A DNA stretch of 64,000 nt. Source: a bacterium (lineage in GTDB: Bacteria; Patescibacteriota; Minisyncoccia; 2-02-FULL-40-12; IGHO2-01-FULL-4-A). Location of the stretch: assembly GCA_030698885.1 (NCBI GenBank), contig JAUYLN010000020.1, positions 7,346-71,345 of the forward strand, in the 5' to 3' direction. Below are positions 1 to 10,339 of the stretch, piece after piece. Position 1 is the stretch's first letter; every line of letters starts with the position of its first letter. A model generated the notes under the pieces. That model was not told the origin of the DNA, made no database searches, and saw only the letters and a list, made by a program, of their open reading frames with translations. The position numbers and the translations under genes were made by a program.

Positions 1-984
1 TCTTTTAATTTATCGCAGACATTTTTGGCGTAGCCCATTTGTTCTTCGCCGATGTTCGCCACCTGAACCTGAACGGGGGAAAGCCATAGCGGAAGCCTGC
101 CTTCGGTGTGCTCAAGCAGGACGCCTATAAATCTTTCAAACGAACCGAACACGGCACGGTGAATAACCCAAGGCATTTTTTTATTGCCGTTTTCATCGGT
201 GTAAAAAGTTTCAAATTGTTTGGGTAACATTACTAAATCTAGCTGGGCCGTACCCATTTGCCAGTCGCGGTCCTGGGAATCCTTGAGGTGCGCTTCTATT
301 TTGGGTCCATAAAATGCTCCTTCGCCTTCCTGGACTTCATATTTTACTCCGGAGGCATCCATGGCTTTTTTTAATGCTTCTTCAGCCATATCCCATTCTT
401 CTTTTGTGCCGAGAGCTTTTTTGGGTCTGGTTGCAAGCACATAGCTGGTTTTAAAACTGAACATGTCGTAAAAGCTATCAATGGTTTTTACTATTTTTGA
501 CACTTCATTCTCAACTTGTTCGGGTGCAAGATAAATATGAGCATCATCCATGGTAATTTGCCGGACTCTGAATAATCCGCCAAGCGTGCCAGAAAGTTCA
601 TTTCGGTTCAGCCGGCCAATTTCAGCCAGGCGCAGAGGGAGCTCCCGGTAACTGCGGACTGTTGAATTAAAAACATAAGTGGATTCCGGGCAGTTCATCG
701 GCTTAATGACCAGATGCTCATTCTCATCTCTTGAATTGTCAAAATAGAACATATTTTCGCGGTAATGCTGCCAGTGTCCGGATTTTTCAAAAACCTCTCG
801 CTTAACAATAATTGGAGTTGAAATTTCGTGGTAGTTTTCGCGTTCATTTATTTCTCTGGCTACTCTCTCCAATTCTTTGAAAATTATCATTCCTTTCGGA
901 TGCCAAAAAGGAGCGCCGGGCGCTATTTCGTGAAAGCTAAACAAATCTAATTCGGTTCCTAAGTCTCTGTGGTCTTTTGCCATA
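1..984 (-). CDS. thrS: Threonyl-tRNA synthetase, partial (3' end lies beyond the window). The start maps directly into the catalytic core, so the N-terminal TGS/editing domains are absent.
   Basis: The minus-strand translation from the ATG at 984 reads MAKDHRDLGTELDLFSFHEIAPGAPFWHPKGMIIF...NCPESTYVF...RVRQITMDDAHIY..., which are class II ThrRS core motifs. The ORF runs off the window edge. Confidence 0.8.
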
Positions 985-1149
985 CCCGGTAGTGAAACTC
1001 CCAGTTGCCTTTTAGTTTTTTTTAACCATAAGGCGTTGAAAGTTTGTCTATGTTTATGTGTTGTTTAATTTAACTAGTATTCCCGGCCGGAAAACTTTTG
1101 TAAGTTCTACTACCGGGCATATCTAGATATTAGCAGAATACTCAGTATT

Positions 1150-1177
1150 AAAACAACCGCCTAGAGGCGGTTGTTTT
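1150..1177 (-). terminator. GC hairpin (aaaacaaccgcc-taga-ggcggttgtttt) downstream of dnaE
   Basis: A 12-bp perfect stem with flanking A/T runs lies between the dnaE 3' end and the thrS 5' region. Confidence 0.4.
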
Positions 1178-1212
1178 ATGCTTACTACTCACTACCAACT
1201 ACTTGCTACTAG

Positions 1213-4200
1213 CTAGGCTACCATCGCAATCGGTCTGACTTTGTCGCAGAGCAGTTTGGGCACCCCATCTCTTTCGTTAAGTTTGCCGCTGATAATTAAA
1301 ACGCTGTTCTCCTGAAAGACATCAGGGTGTCTTTCAAGCACATCCGGAAATACCACAACTTCAATTCTGGATGTCAGGTCTTCAAGCCACGAGAACATCA
1401 TGGGCTTGCCGGTTTTAGTTATTATTTTCTGTATTTTGGTTACCATTCCGCCTATTTTTACTGAGCCGCGATGAGAGGGTAGGTCTTTTATGTTTATCAA
1501 ATCTTTTTCAAAACTTAATTTCATCTGATAATCCTTAAGCGGATGGTCGGAGATAAACAACCCAAGCAGTTCTTTTTCCCACATTAATTTTTCAGCTCTG
1601 TTGACCGGCTGGGCATCGGCTAAACGGATTGGCGGCATTTTTGATTCAACACCGGGTGCGTCAAATAGGCTTGTTTGTTTTGAGGCGTGGGCTTTATGGC
1701 TGTCGCGGGCATAATTTAGCAGGTGGTCAAGGTTGGCCAATAATCTTCCTCTTTCTTCAAAAATATCCAAAGCCCCACAGCGGATTAAACTTTCAAGCGA
1801 TTTTTTATTAAAATCTTTATCATTAACTCTGATAAGCAAATCGTCTATGGTTTTGTACGGGCCATTATTCTTTCTTTCCTGAATTATGGCATCAACTATA
1901 TGCACCCCGATATTCTTAACCGCTGCCAGACCGAAACGAATGCGGGGCGTGATGTTTTCTCCCGGTACAACCGTAAATTTTCTTGAACTCTCATTTATTT
2001 GCGGCGGTAGAACTTGCATGTCCATGGCTTGGCATTCTTCTATAAGCATCGCAGTCCGTTCTATGTCTCCCGAGGCAGAATTCATCAGCGCGGCCATAAA
2101 TTCAACCGGATAGCTTGCTTTAAGATATGCGGTTTGATAGGCGATAGTGGCGTAACAGGCGGCATGTGATTTATTGAAGCCGTATCTGGCGAAGGGCTCT
2201 ATGAAGTTCCATATCTTTTCGGCGATTTGCTGGTCCAGGCCGTTGCCCATCGCACCGCTTATAAATTTTTCTTTTTGCTGGTCCAGGAGAGTTTTTATTT
2301 TTTTACCCACGGCCTTGATAAGAACATATCCTTGACCAAGGCTGAATCCCGCAACATTGTTGGCTATCTGCATAAGCTGTTCCTGGTAGACGATTATACC
2401 GTAAGTATTTTTTAGTATCGGTTCAAGGGTTGGATGTACATACTCTATCGGCTCTTTGCCGTGTTTGCGTGCCATATAGCGGGGGACCATGCCGGCATCC
2501 AGCGTGCCTGGACGATATAGCGATATCATGGCGATAATGTCTTCAATGCCGTCAGGCTTAAGCTCCTTCAGGTATCGTTTCATGCCCGAACTTTCTACCT
2601 GGAACACGCCGGTGGTTTTTCCTTGGCGCAGTAGTTTAAAAGTATTTTTGTCATCAAGCGGTATTTTATCTATGTCTATTTCTATGTTGTGATTTTCTTT
2701 TATCAGCTGAAGGGTGTCGTGAATAATGGTCAGGTTTGAAAGCCCCAGAAAGTCCATTTTCAAAAGTCCAAGGTCGGCAACAGCATTCATTTCGTATTGG
2801 GTGATAATATCACCTTCGTTGGTGCCTCGTTGAAGCGGAAGATAGTCTGTGAGTGGTCCCGGTGCTATCACGACGGCACAGGCATGAGTTGAGGAATGCC
2901 TGACTGTGCCTTCAAGACGTGAAGCCGAGTCTATGAGTTTTTTAACATCAGGATTAGTTGAATAATGCTGTCTTATTTCATCAACCTCTTCAATGCATTT
3001 TTTTAGGAAGCCGGATTTTTGGCCTTGATTAGGGGCAAGCGGTATAAGTTTGGCTATTTTATCGCAAAATTCATAAGAAAAACCAAGTGCTCTTCCGGCA
3101 TCACGGATGCTTCCTCTGGCCGCCATAGTACCGAAGGTTATGACCTGGGCAAAGTGGTCTTTGCCATATTTGTTGCGCACATATTCAAAAACCTCATCCC
3201 GCCTCATATCATCAAAATCAATATCAATATCGGGCATGCTGACCCTCTCTGGATTTAAGAACCTTTCAAAAAGGAGATTATAGTGTATAGGATCAATGTT
3301 TGTAATATTTAAGGCATAGGCGATTATACTGCCGGCGGCCGAACCTCTTCCGGGGCCGACGATTATGCCTTGGCCTTTGGCCCAGTTAACAAAATCCTGA
3401 ACGATAAGAAAATAACTTGCGAATCCTGTTTTCTGGATAACATCAAGCTCATACTCCAGTCTTTTTATTATTTCCGGTCCGGGTTCCGTGCCGTATCTTT
3501 TGATGAGGCCGGCAAAAGATAGTTCTCTTAAATACTGCTCGGCTGTTTTATTTTCCGGCAAAGGAAAGTTAGGCAACTTGTTGTTGCCTAACTCTATTTC
3601 AACATTGCACATGTCGGCAATCTTAGCCGTGTTCTCAAGAGCTTCTGGAATATCGGCAAATTTTTCCAGCATTTTTTCGGGCGGTAATATTGAGAAGTCA
3701 TCGTTTCTCAATGTAAGCCTGTCTTTGTCACTGACCTGGGTTCCGGTTTGTACGGCCAAGAGGACGTCATGGGCTTCGGCATCCTCGCTTTTGCAGTAAT
3801 GAGAATCTTGGGTAGCCGCCATAGGTATGCCTGTTTCTTTTGATAATCTGATTATTTCCGGGGTGGTAAAATTCTGGTCTTCAATAAAAGGATGTTGCTG
3901 GACCTCCAGATAAAAATTGCCGGAACCAAAAATTTCCTGATACTCCAGGGCTATTTTTTTAGCTTTGTCGTATTGTCTTGAGAGGATAGCGGTTGAAATT
4001 TCTCCGCCAAGGCAAGCCGAAAGACAGACTAGGCCCTCTGAGTGCTCTCGGAGTAGTTTTCTGTCTATTCTGGGTTTGTAGTAAAAGCCTTCCAGGTGAG
4101 ATGCCGTAACCAGCTTGATGAGGTTTTGATAGCCGGTATTATTTTTGGCAAGAAGAATAAGATGGTAATAATTTTTTACTCCTCGGCCGGGAGTTTTGTC

Positions 4201-4422
4201 ATACATGTCCCCGGTGATATACATCTCGCAGCCGATTATCGGTTTGATGCCAGCCTTTTTGGCTTTTTGATAAAACTCTATAGCTCCGTACATTACACCA
4301 TGGTCTGTGATTGCGGCCGCATCCATGCCAAGTTCCTTGACTCTTGCAACCAGCTCGTCAACCTTGGTCAGGCCGTCTAGCAAGGAGTAGTGAGTGTGGG
4401 TGTGGAGGTGAGCGAAGCGCAT
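1213..4422 (-). CDS. dnaE: DNA polymerase III alpha subunit
   Basis: The N-terminal PHP-domain motif MRFAHLHTHTHYSLLDG and full-length DnaE homology are present. The track ORF starts further upstream; the start was chosen at the Met preceding the PHP motif (alternative 4437). Confidence 0.85.
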   Translation of the reverse strand: MRFAHLHTHTHYSLLDGLTKVDELVARVKELGMDAAAITDHGVMYGAIEFYQKAKKAGIKPIIGCEMYITGDMYDKTPGRGVKNYYHLILLAKNNTGYQNLIKLVTASHLEGFYYKPRIDRKLLREHSEGLVCLSACLGGEISTAILSRQYDKAKKIALEYQEIFGSGNFYLEVQQHPFIEDQNFTTPEIIRLSKETGIPMAATQDSHYCKSEDAEAHDVLLAVQTGTQVSDKDRLTLRNDDFSILPPEKMLEKFADIPEALENTAKIADMCNVEIELGNNKLPNFPLPENKTAEQYLRELSFAGLIKRYGTEPGPEIIKRLEYELDVIQKTGFASYFLIVQDFVNWAKGQGIIVGPGRGSAAGSIIAYALNITNIDPIHYNLLFERFLNPERVSMPDIDIDFDDMRRDEVFEYVRNKYGKDHFAQVITFGTMAARGSIRDAGRALGFSYEFCDKIAKLIPLAPNQGQKSGFLKKCIEEVDEIRQHYSTNPDVKKLIDSASRLEGTVRHSSTHACAVVIAPGPLTDYLPLQRGTNEGDIITQYEMNAVADLGLLKMDFLGLSNLTIIHDTLQLIKENHNIEIDIDKIPLDDKNTFKLLRQGKTTGVFQVESSGMKRYLKELKPDGIEDIIAMISLYRPGTLDAGMVPRYMARKHGKEPIEYVHPTLEPILKNTYGIIVYQEQLMQIANNVAGFSLGQGYVLIKAVGKKIKTLLDQQKEKFISGAMGNGLDQQIAEKIWNFIEPFARYGFNKSHAACYATIAYQTAYLKASYPVEFMAALMNSASGDIERTAMLIEECQAMDMQVLPPQINESSRKFTVVPGENITPRIRFGLAAVKNIGVHIVDAIIQERKNNGPYKTIDDLLIRVNDKDFNKKSLESLIRCGALDIFEERGRLLANLDHLLNYARDSHKAHASKQTSLFDAPGVESKMPPIRLADAQPVNRAEKLMWEKELLGLFISDHPLKDYQMKLSFEKDLINIKDLPSHRGSVKIGGMVTKIQKIITKTGKPMMFSWLEDLTSRIEVVVFPDVLERHPDVFQENSVLIISGKLNERDGVPKLLCDKVRPIAMVA

Positions 4423-4546
4423 ACTTAATTTTACCATGAGTAAAAAATAACCAACAATTTTTGGGTTTTGTGGACAACGCCTATCAAAAACAGCAGATAT
4501 CAAACATCAAACATCATAACGACAAATCAAAAGTAAAAATTGTAAA

Positions 4547-4573
4547 CCCCCACACCCATGTATGGGTGTGGGG
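4547..4573. repeat. Perfect palindrome ccccacacccat-gt-atgggtgtgggg in the dnaE/ORF4661 divergent region
   Basis: Seen directly; a 12-bp perfect inverted repeat with a 2-nt loop. Confidence 0.6.
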
Positions 4574-4598
4574 TAAAGGAGAGCGCCCGCTATTAAGA

Positions 4599-4626
4599 TT
4601 GACAACTATCATTCTTTATGATAATG
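4599..4626 (+). promoter_or_regulatory. Sigma70-like promoter candidate (TTGACA ... gATAAT) for ORF 4661
   Basis: TTGACA at 4599-4604 is followed 15-16 nt later by GATAAT/ATAATG. AAGGAG lies 7 nt before the ATG at 4661. Confidence 0.4.
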
Positions 4627-4660
4627 TTTTGATAGCTCTTAAAAGACAAGGAGATTAAGC

Positions 4661-5101
4661 ATGAGATTATCGAGATATTATATCTTGACAGCTATTGTCG
4701 TAGCTTTATTTATTGCATTCGCGGGTTACTGCCACTCACGAGTGTACGTTTCGGCGGCGACAGTAGATGGTGCCGAGATAAAGATCAGGATAGATTACGT
4801 GAGCTTTTTTTCTTCTGATTTTTATGACATTGTTTATCACAGGAAGACAAAACTTGTTGTAGCGAAAATGGGCGTGGCATATATTTATGAAAATGAGCAA
4901 TTACTAAAGCCGGCTATCATTGGCGAAGGAGCCCCGGGTTTTATTATCGATGTTGAGGTTCAATATCCGGAATACTTTCTGGAGTTGATTAAGGAGCTAG
5001 ACCGAGCAAAGACCGAAGTTTTATTGAGAGTGAGGGCAGTTGAGGTTGAAAAGGCAATAATGGCCATTAAAAAGTTTAAGAAAAATAAGAGCAGTCATTA
5101 A
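4661..5101 (+). CDS. Hypothetical protein with an N-terminal TM anchor
   Basis: The ORF has a good SD (AAGGAG) and an N-terminal hydrophobic helix. No recognisable family. Confidence 0.4.
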   Translation: MRLSRYYILTAIVVALFIAFAGYCHSRVYVSAATVDGAEIKIRIDYVSFFSSDFYDIVYHRKTKLVVAKMGVAYIYENEQLLKPAIIGEGAPGFIIDVEVQYPEYFLELIKELDRAKTEVLLRVRAVEVEKAIMAIKKFKKNKSSH

Positions 5102-5202
5102 GAAAACAAAAAAGTAAAAAGAATTTAATTTGCCGAGAGTAATATAGGCCAGATTTATTTTTTTACATAATTCTCTTTCGTAACCGGCATCCTTTAATGC
5201 GT

Positions 5203-5235
5203 CGGGACCCCGTTTATACGGGGTCTTTTTGTTTC
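5203..5235 (+). terminator. Rho-independent terminator (gggaccccg-tttata-cggggtc + T-run)
   Basis: Stem-loop followed by tttttgttt downstream of ORF 4661. Confidence 0.6.
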
Positions 5236-5357
5236 GGAGTACTATAGTTGACAAATATTAAAAAGGTTGCTATAAACCCAATGATGCCTATTTATATGAT
5301 TCTACTGAATTTTTTAAAAAATAGGCGTCGTAGCTGTTTAAAAAAAGGAGTATCAAT

Positions 5358-5624
5358 GTGGAAGAGGCCTTAGCCGTCAACAAAGAGTTTATAAGTTTGT
5401 TTATTTCCTTGATAGGATGGGGAGGGTTTATTATTGTTTGCTTGATTTTCAGGGATTTTATTGTGGCCGCTCTTTCTAATGCGGCGGCATGGTTTTTACT
5501 CCAAGCAGATAAAAAAACCCAAGAAAGGCTGATTGTACATCTTGTAAATAAGAAAATGACATTGCGAGAACTATACAGAGAGCTCAAAAATGATTTTGAA
5601 GAAAAAGAGGAGGTAGCTAAATGA
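5358..5624 (+). CDS. Small membrane protein (hypothetical)
   Basis: GTG start 7 nt after AAGGAG. Two hydrophobic segments. Its stop overlaps the next start (ATGA). Confidence 0.35.
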   Translation: MEEALAVNKEFISLFISLIGWGGFIIVCLIFRDFIVAALSNAAAWFLLQADKKTQERLIVHLVNKKMTLRELYRELKNDFEEKEEVAK

Positions 5625-5872
5625 CCTTTCTAAGAATAATTCAGCTTTTGGTTTTTGTCACGTTTATTTATTCCATGGTTACTCAAGTCGTGGTTCCTCT
5701 TTGGAATGGAACAAAGCTGTTTCCGACTTTAAGAACCAAGGAAGGAAGACTAAAATCAGAGTTGACTGACCTAAGGCAGAAAGAAGCCGAGGCCTTACTG
5801 GCTAGACGGGTTAGTGAAGAAAAAGAGAGACTTTCCAAACTTCAGAATGATAATACGGTTAACCAGGGATAG
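5621..5872 (+). CDS. Small membrane/coiled-coil protein (hypothetical)
   Basis: Translationally coupled to the ORF upstream; N-terminal TM segment plus a charged C-terminus. Confidence 0.35.
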   Translation: MTFLRIIQLLVFVTFIYSMVTQVVVPLWNGTKLFPTLRTKEGRLKSELTDLRQKEAEALLARRVSEEKERLSKLQNDNTVNQG

Positions 5873-5897
5873 ATAAAAGAAAAAAGGAGGAAAAACG

Positions 5898-7175
5898 ATG
5901 GAAACGAAAAAAGTAATATCACTGATTGTGGCAGGCATTCTAATAGTCATCGGATTATCCATGCTAGGCAAATTAGTAGAAAACGTTGATGCCGAAGAAA
6001 TTTTGGTAATTCAGGATCCTGTTGATGGCGAACTGCATTGGCATGTAACTCCGGGACTTAAGGCTCAATGGTTTGGGAAGACAACTAAGTATCCAAAAAG
6101 AGGAACTTATAGGTTTGAATGCGAAGAATTCGTAACCAAGCAAGTCACTGACGAAGAAGGTAGCATGAGAGACGAGCAAGTATGTAATCCCGATAAGGAC
6201 CGCAGAATTAGGGTTAGATTCAATGATGGCGGTCATGCCACTATGACCGGCTCTATGCAGTTTGATATGCCCCTGGACGAACTTAATCTTACCAGGGCTC
6301 ACACCAAATTTGCCACTCCGGAGGCCATACAAAAGCAATTGATTGAGACCGTTATGAATAAGTCTATGTACATGACGGGCCCATTAATGAGCTCTAAAGA
6401 ATCTTATGCCGAGAAAAGAAACGCACTTATCAGTTTTGTGGAAGACCAAGTAGAGGGTGGTATATACAGAACGATTCAAAAAGAAATTAGAGTTCCCGAC
6501 CCAATTACAGGAGCTGACAAGACCATAACGGTGGTTGAGATAATGACAGGTGCTGATGGGTTACCTCAGAGACAGGAGTCGGCTCAGCTAACGGCATTTG
6601 GCATCAAGCCTTTCAACTTTACCATTACGGAAGTGGATTACGATGAAGAAGTAGAGGCACAGATTAAGCAACAGCAACAGCTTATTATGGATGTTCAGAC
6701 ATCCGTAGCTCAAGCAAAGAAGTCAGAGCAGAATGCTATAACTGTAGCTGAGCAAGGAAAAGCAGATGCAGCAGAATCTAAATGGAAGCAGGAAGTAATA
6801 AAGGCGCAGGCAGTAACAGAGGCCGAACAGGAGCTGGCAGTTGCGAAGCTACAAAGGGAAGCAGCCGAACAGACCAAGCAGAAAGAAATTTTGCTTGGTC
6901 AGGGCGAAGCTGAAAGAAAGCGTTTAGTTATGAATGCCGATGGGCAGTTGACCCAGAAGTTGGAGGTCTACTATAAAGTTCAGGAGCGCTGGGCCACGGC
7001 TTTTGAAAAACACCAAGGACCTCTGGTACCGAGTGTTGTTATGGGTGGAGGGCAGGATAGTTCAAGGAATGCCTCAAATACTACTTCCGATCTTGTTAAT
7101 TTACTTACTATCAAGACGGCTAAAGATTTGAGTCTTGATCTGAGTGTTCCAAAGGGAAATCAGGGAGCTCAATAA
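5898..7175 (+). CDS. SPFH/band-7 (flotillin-like) membrane protein, tentative
   Basis: Strong SD (AAAGGAGG), an N-terminal TM segment and a long Ala/Glu/Gln/Lys-rich coiled-coil (…ILLGQGEAERKR…) resemble flotillin/SPFH proteins. Confidence 0.5.
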   Translation: METKKVISLIVAGILIVIGLSMLGKLVENVDAEEILVIQDPVDGELHWHVTPGLKAQWFGKTTKYPKRGTYRFECEEFVTKQVTDEEGSMRDEQVCNPDKDRRIRVRFNDGGHATMTGSMQFDMPLDELNLTRAHTKFATPEAIQKQLIETVMNKSMYMTGPLMSSKESYAEKRNALISFVEDQVEGGIYRTIQKEIRVPDPITGADKTITVVEIMTGADGLPQRQESAQLTAFGIKPFNFTITEVDYDEEVEAQIKQQQQLIMDVQTSVAQAKKSEQNAITVAEQGKADAAESKWKQEVIKAQAVTEAEQELAVAKLQREAAEQTKQKEILLGQGEAERKRLVMNADGQLTQKLEVYYKVQERWATAFEKHQGPLVPSVVMGGGQDSSRNASNTTSDLVNLLTIKTAKDLSLDLSVPKGNQGAQ

Positions 7176-7273
7176 TTATTTTTTCATGCGACCAGATAGT
7201 GGTCGCTTTTTATTTTTATACTATTGCATTCGTATTTTGAAAGTGATAGTATTTTTTTATTCGCTAATCTTAC

Positions 7274-7657
7274 ATGAGCATTCAAGAGCTGAAAAAAATT
7301 GCAGAATCCGTTGGAGGGGTAGTTGTATTTGACGGTGATAAACCTTCTCTTATTATTTTGCCTTTTGATAAATATCAGGAGCAGTTAAGCGGTACTAAAG
7401 CCGTTGCCTCGTCTGAAGAGGCTGTTGCTAATGATATTAACGAGACGGAGAGAGACGAGCTGAAGCCCTCGTTAGCCAGTTATCAAAGCGAGCAATTAGC
7501 CCAAGGTAATGGCCAGAATTTTTATTCGGAAGCTGAAGAGGGTCCTTCTCGGGATAATCATGAGAATACAGACCAAGACTTAGTAGAGCAGTTAAATAGG
7601 GAGATAGAGGCCTTAAAAGACGAAGTTAGAATGAGGGAGGCCGAAGAGCTTGACTAA
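7274..7657 (+). CDS. Hypothetical acidic protein
   Basis: ORF with an acidic, low-complexity C-terminal half. No family recognised. Confidence 0.3.
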   Translation: MSIQELKKIAESVGGVVVFDGDKPSLIILPFDKYQEQLSGTKAVASSEEAVANDINETERDELKPSLASYQSEQLAQGNGQNFYSEAEEGPSRDNHENTDQDLVEQLNREIEALKDEVRMREAEELD

Positions 7658-7805
7658 CCATGGGCGTTCGGTTACAATTAAAAAACCCTAAATTTATTAA
7701 TAATTCGGGATTAATTTTCAGGATTACCATGCTAAATCTACAGCGGAGTCTCGTTTGACGGGACGGAGGGCGGTAGCTTTTGCTAGATAATCGTACTAAT
7801 AGAAA

Positions 7806-9008
7806 ATGGCAGATAAATTTGACAGGAGTAAGCCGCACTTAAATGTCGGCACAATAGGTCACGTTGACCATGGTAAAACCACCTTAACGGCGGCTATTTT
7901 GCATACCGCTAATTTGTTCAATGAGGAAGGCTATAAAGCCAGAAACGAAGGTGTTGACCAAATTGACAATGCGCCCGAGGAAAGAGCTCGTGGTATAACC
8001 ATAGCTTTGCATCATTCTGAATATGAAACTCCAAAGAGGCACTATGCTCACGTAGATGCTCCCGGGCACGCTGACTATATTAAAAATATGATAACCGGTG
8101 CTGCCCAGATGGACGGCGCAGTTTTGGTTGTTGCCGCCACCGATGGTCCGATGCCTCAAACCAGAGAGCACATACTTTTAGCCAGACAGGTGGGCGTACC
8201 TTCAATAATCGTTTTCATGAATAAGGTTGACCAGGTTGAAGACCCGGAATTGCTTGATTTGGTTGAAGCAGAAATCAGGGAGCTTTTGAACAAGTATCAG
8301 TTCCCCGGCGACACTACTCCTATAATAAGAGGTTCAGGCCTCAAAGCTTTAGAAGCTAAATCAAAAGATGATCCTGCCGCCAAGCCACTAAAGGAACTTT
8401 TGGACACATTAGATTCCTTTATTCCGGAACCGGTTCGTGAGAATGATAAGCCTTTCCTTATGCCTGTTGAGGATGTCTTCTCTATTGAGGGCCGAGGTAC
8501 TGTTGTTACCGGTAGAATTGAAAGGGGTCAAGTTGGTATTAACGAAGAAATAGAAGTAGTCGGTCTTAAAGATACTCAAAAGACTGTTGTCACAGGTATT
8601 GAAATGTTCAATAAGCAATTGGATAAAGGTATGGCCGGTGATAATGCCGGACTCCTATTGAGGGGCCTTAAGAAAGAAGATGTATCCCGCGGCCAAGTAT
8701 TGGCCAAGCCGGGTAGTATAACTCCTCATACCGATTTTGATGCTGAAGTTTATATATTATCCAAGGAAGAAGGAGGCCGACATACGCCATTCTTTAAAGG
8801 TTATAAACCGCAATTTTACTTTAGAACTACAGATGTTACAGGTGAGGTAACCTTGCCAGAGGGTACAGAAATGGTTATGCCCGGAGACACAATTACATTT
8901 AAAGTTAAGCTTATTGCCCCGATAGCCATGGAAGAAAAACAGAGGTTCGCTATCAGAGAAGGGGGTAAAACAGTGGGGGCCGGAGTCGTAACTAAAGTCG
9001 TAGCTTAA
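7806..9008 (+). CDS. tuf: Elongation factor Tu
   Basis: [26 protein letters not shown] and full-length EF-Tu homology. Confidence 0.95.
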   Translation: MADKFDRSKPHLNVGTIGHVDHGKTTLTAAILHTANLFNEEGYKARNEGVDQIDNAPEERARGITIALHHSEYETPKRHYAHVDAPGHADYIKNMITGAAQMDGAVLVVAATDGPMPQTREHILLARQVGVPSIIVFMNKVDQVEDPELLDLVEAEIRELLNKYQFPGDTTPIIRGSGLKALEAKSKDDPAAKPLKELLDTLDSFIPEPVRENDKPFLMPVEDVFSIEGRGTVVTGRIERGQVGINEEIEVVGLKDTQKTVVTGIEMFNKQLDKGMAGDNAGLLLRGLKKEDVSRGQVLAKPGSITPHTDFDAEVYILSKEEGGRHTPFFKGYKPQFYFRTTDVTGEVTLPEGTEMVMPGDTITFKVKLIAPIAMEEKQRFAIREGGKTVGAGVVTKVVA

Positions 9009-9021
9009 TGAATTAAAGCAA

Positions 9022-9053
9022 GAACCCCCTTATCCTTAAGGATAAGGGGGTTC
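9022..9053 (+). promoter_or_regulatory. Perfect intercistronic stem-loop (gaacccccttatcc-ttaag-ggataagggggttc) between tuf and rpsJ. It has no U-tract and is probably a processing/stability hairpin rather than a terminator.
   Basis: 14-bp perfect inverted repeat seen directly; no T-run follows. Confidence 0.45.
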
Positions 9054-9074
9054 TCCAGCTAAAGCACTTAAAAA

Positions 9075-9416
9075 ATGCCGACACAAACGAAAAAAAAATC
9101 AGAGAGCCATGAACAGCAGAAAATCAGAATAAAGCTGAAGGCTTATGATAATAAGGTAATTGATAAATCTGCCAAACAGATTGTTGATACTATTGAAAGA
9201 AACGGGGGTAAAGTTGTTGGCCCGGTACCTTTGCCGACGGAGATCCATAAGTATACTGTTAACCGTTCAACCTTTATTGATAAGAATTCAAGAGAGCAGT
9301 TTGAAATGAGAGTTCACAAGAGATTAGTTGAGATACCGAACTATACGCCAAAGATAATTGATTCTTTGCAGAATCTTAGTTTGCCCGCAGGAGTTGATAT
9401 TGAAATTAAAATGTAA
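9075..9416 (+). CDS. rpsJ: 30S ribosomal protein S10
   Basis: Full-length S10 homology. Confidence 0.9.
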   Translation: MPTQTKKKSESHEQQKIRIKLKAYDNKVIDKSAKQIVDTIERNGGKVVGPVPLPTEIHKYTVNRSTFIDKNSREQFEMRVHKRLVEIPNYTPKIIDSLQNLSLPAGVDIEIKM

Positions 9417-9639
9417 GTAGATATCCTGAGCTGAGCTCGGTATCCTTAGCGAATGGTTCGGGAATACTCACCACAAGTAGGGCATCCGAATAAAGTCATA
9501 AATAATAGAATGTAGGCATTGGCCGTTTTTATTTTAAAACGACTGTTGCGTGCATTTTATGCATAAGAAACCAATAATTTAGAAGTTAGATAGCAGAGTT
9601 TAGCTGATTTTTAATTACCCCAGCTAAATCTGGGATTTT

Positions 9640-10266
9640 ATGTTTTTACTAGGCAGAAAAATTGGTATGAGTCAGGTTTTTTCTGAAGATGGAAAAGTTA
9701 CGCCGGTAACTATTGTTGAAGCCGGACCGATTATTATAGTCCAAGTAAAAACCAAAGATAAAGATGGTTATAACGCAGTCCAGTTTGGATACGGAGAGAA
9801 TAAAAAAATAAAGAAACCTCAGTCCGGACATTCGGGAAAACTGGGTAATTTCAGGGTATTTAAAGAACTCAAAACTGATGATGTTAAAATTGGTACCGGT
9901 GAACAGGAAAAAGAAATAAAAAAAGGCGAAGTTATTGATACCGGAATATTTAATATAGGAGATGCCATTAAGGTCAGAGGACTAAGTAAGGCTAAGGGGT
10001 TTCAAGGTGTTGTTAAAAGGCATGGGTTCCATGGTGCTCCCGCAAGTCATGGTCACAAAAGCATGTTACGCCGTCCGGGATCAATCGGTCAGAGATTTCC
10101 TCAACATACGCTTCCCGGCATGAGAATGGCCGGCAGAATGGGAGGAGTGAACATTACAGTCCGAGGCCTTAAAGTTATGGCGATAGACAAAGCTAAAAAT
10201 TTAATGGCGATAAAGGGCGCAGTGCCGGGCAGAAGAGGAACATTATTAGAAATATCAAAAATGTAA
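9640..10266 (+). CDS. rplC: 50S ribosomal protein L3
   Basis: LLGRKIGMSQVF... and the L3 core motif; follows S10 after an unusual 223-bp spacer. Confidence 0.9.
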   Translation: MFLLGRKIGMSQVFSEDGKVTPVTIVEAGPIIIVQVKTKDKDGYNAVQFGYGENKKIKKPQSGHSGKLGNFRVFKELKTDDVKIGTGEQEKEIKKGEVIDTGIFNIGDAIKVRGLSKAKGFQGVVKRHGFHGAPASHGHKSMLRRPGSIGQRFPQHTLPGMRMAGRMGGVNITVRGLKVMAIDKAKNLMAIKGAVPGRRGTLLEISKM

Positions 10267-10336
10267 TCTACTGATTACTAATAAAATCACTAATATACTA
10301 ATTAGTACATTTGTATCCAATTCGTAATTAGTAGAT
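10267..10336 (+). repeat. Intergenic nested-palindrome element, copy A (rplC->rplD)
   Basis: TCTACTGATTACTAATAAAATCACTAATATAC...ATTCGTAATTAGTAGAT. It begins right after the TAA stop and ends 3 nt before the ATG. Confidence 0.85.
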
Positions 10337-10339
10337 GAA

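Noticed and set aside
4461-4658. Track ORF (65 aa, +) in the dnaE/ORF4661 divergent promoter region
   Set aside because: It covers the ccccacacccat/atgggtgtgggg palindrome and the promoter-like TTGACA. It has no RBS and is likely non-coding.
7658-7805. Possible tRNA cluster upstream of tuf (common in other bacteria)
   Set aside because: No cloverleaf or T-loop (GTTCGANTCC) motif is present. Only a degenerate half-copy of the palindromic element (TAATCGTACTAATAGAA) is found.
7884-8171. Antisense track ORFs inside tuf, rplB, rpsS, fusA, dnaE and similar genes (for example 7884-8171, 11863-12110, 13159-13521, 40984-41421)
   Set aside because: They lie wholly within and opposite to strongly supported conserved genes, and have no RBS or homology. 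They are typical shadow ORFs.
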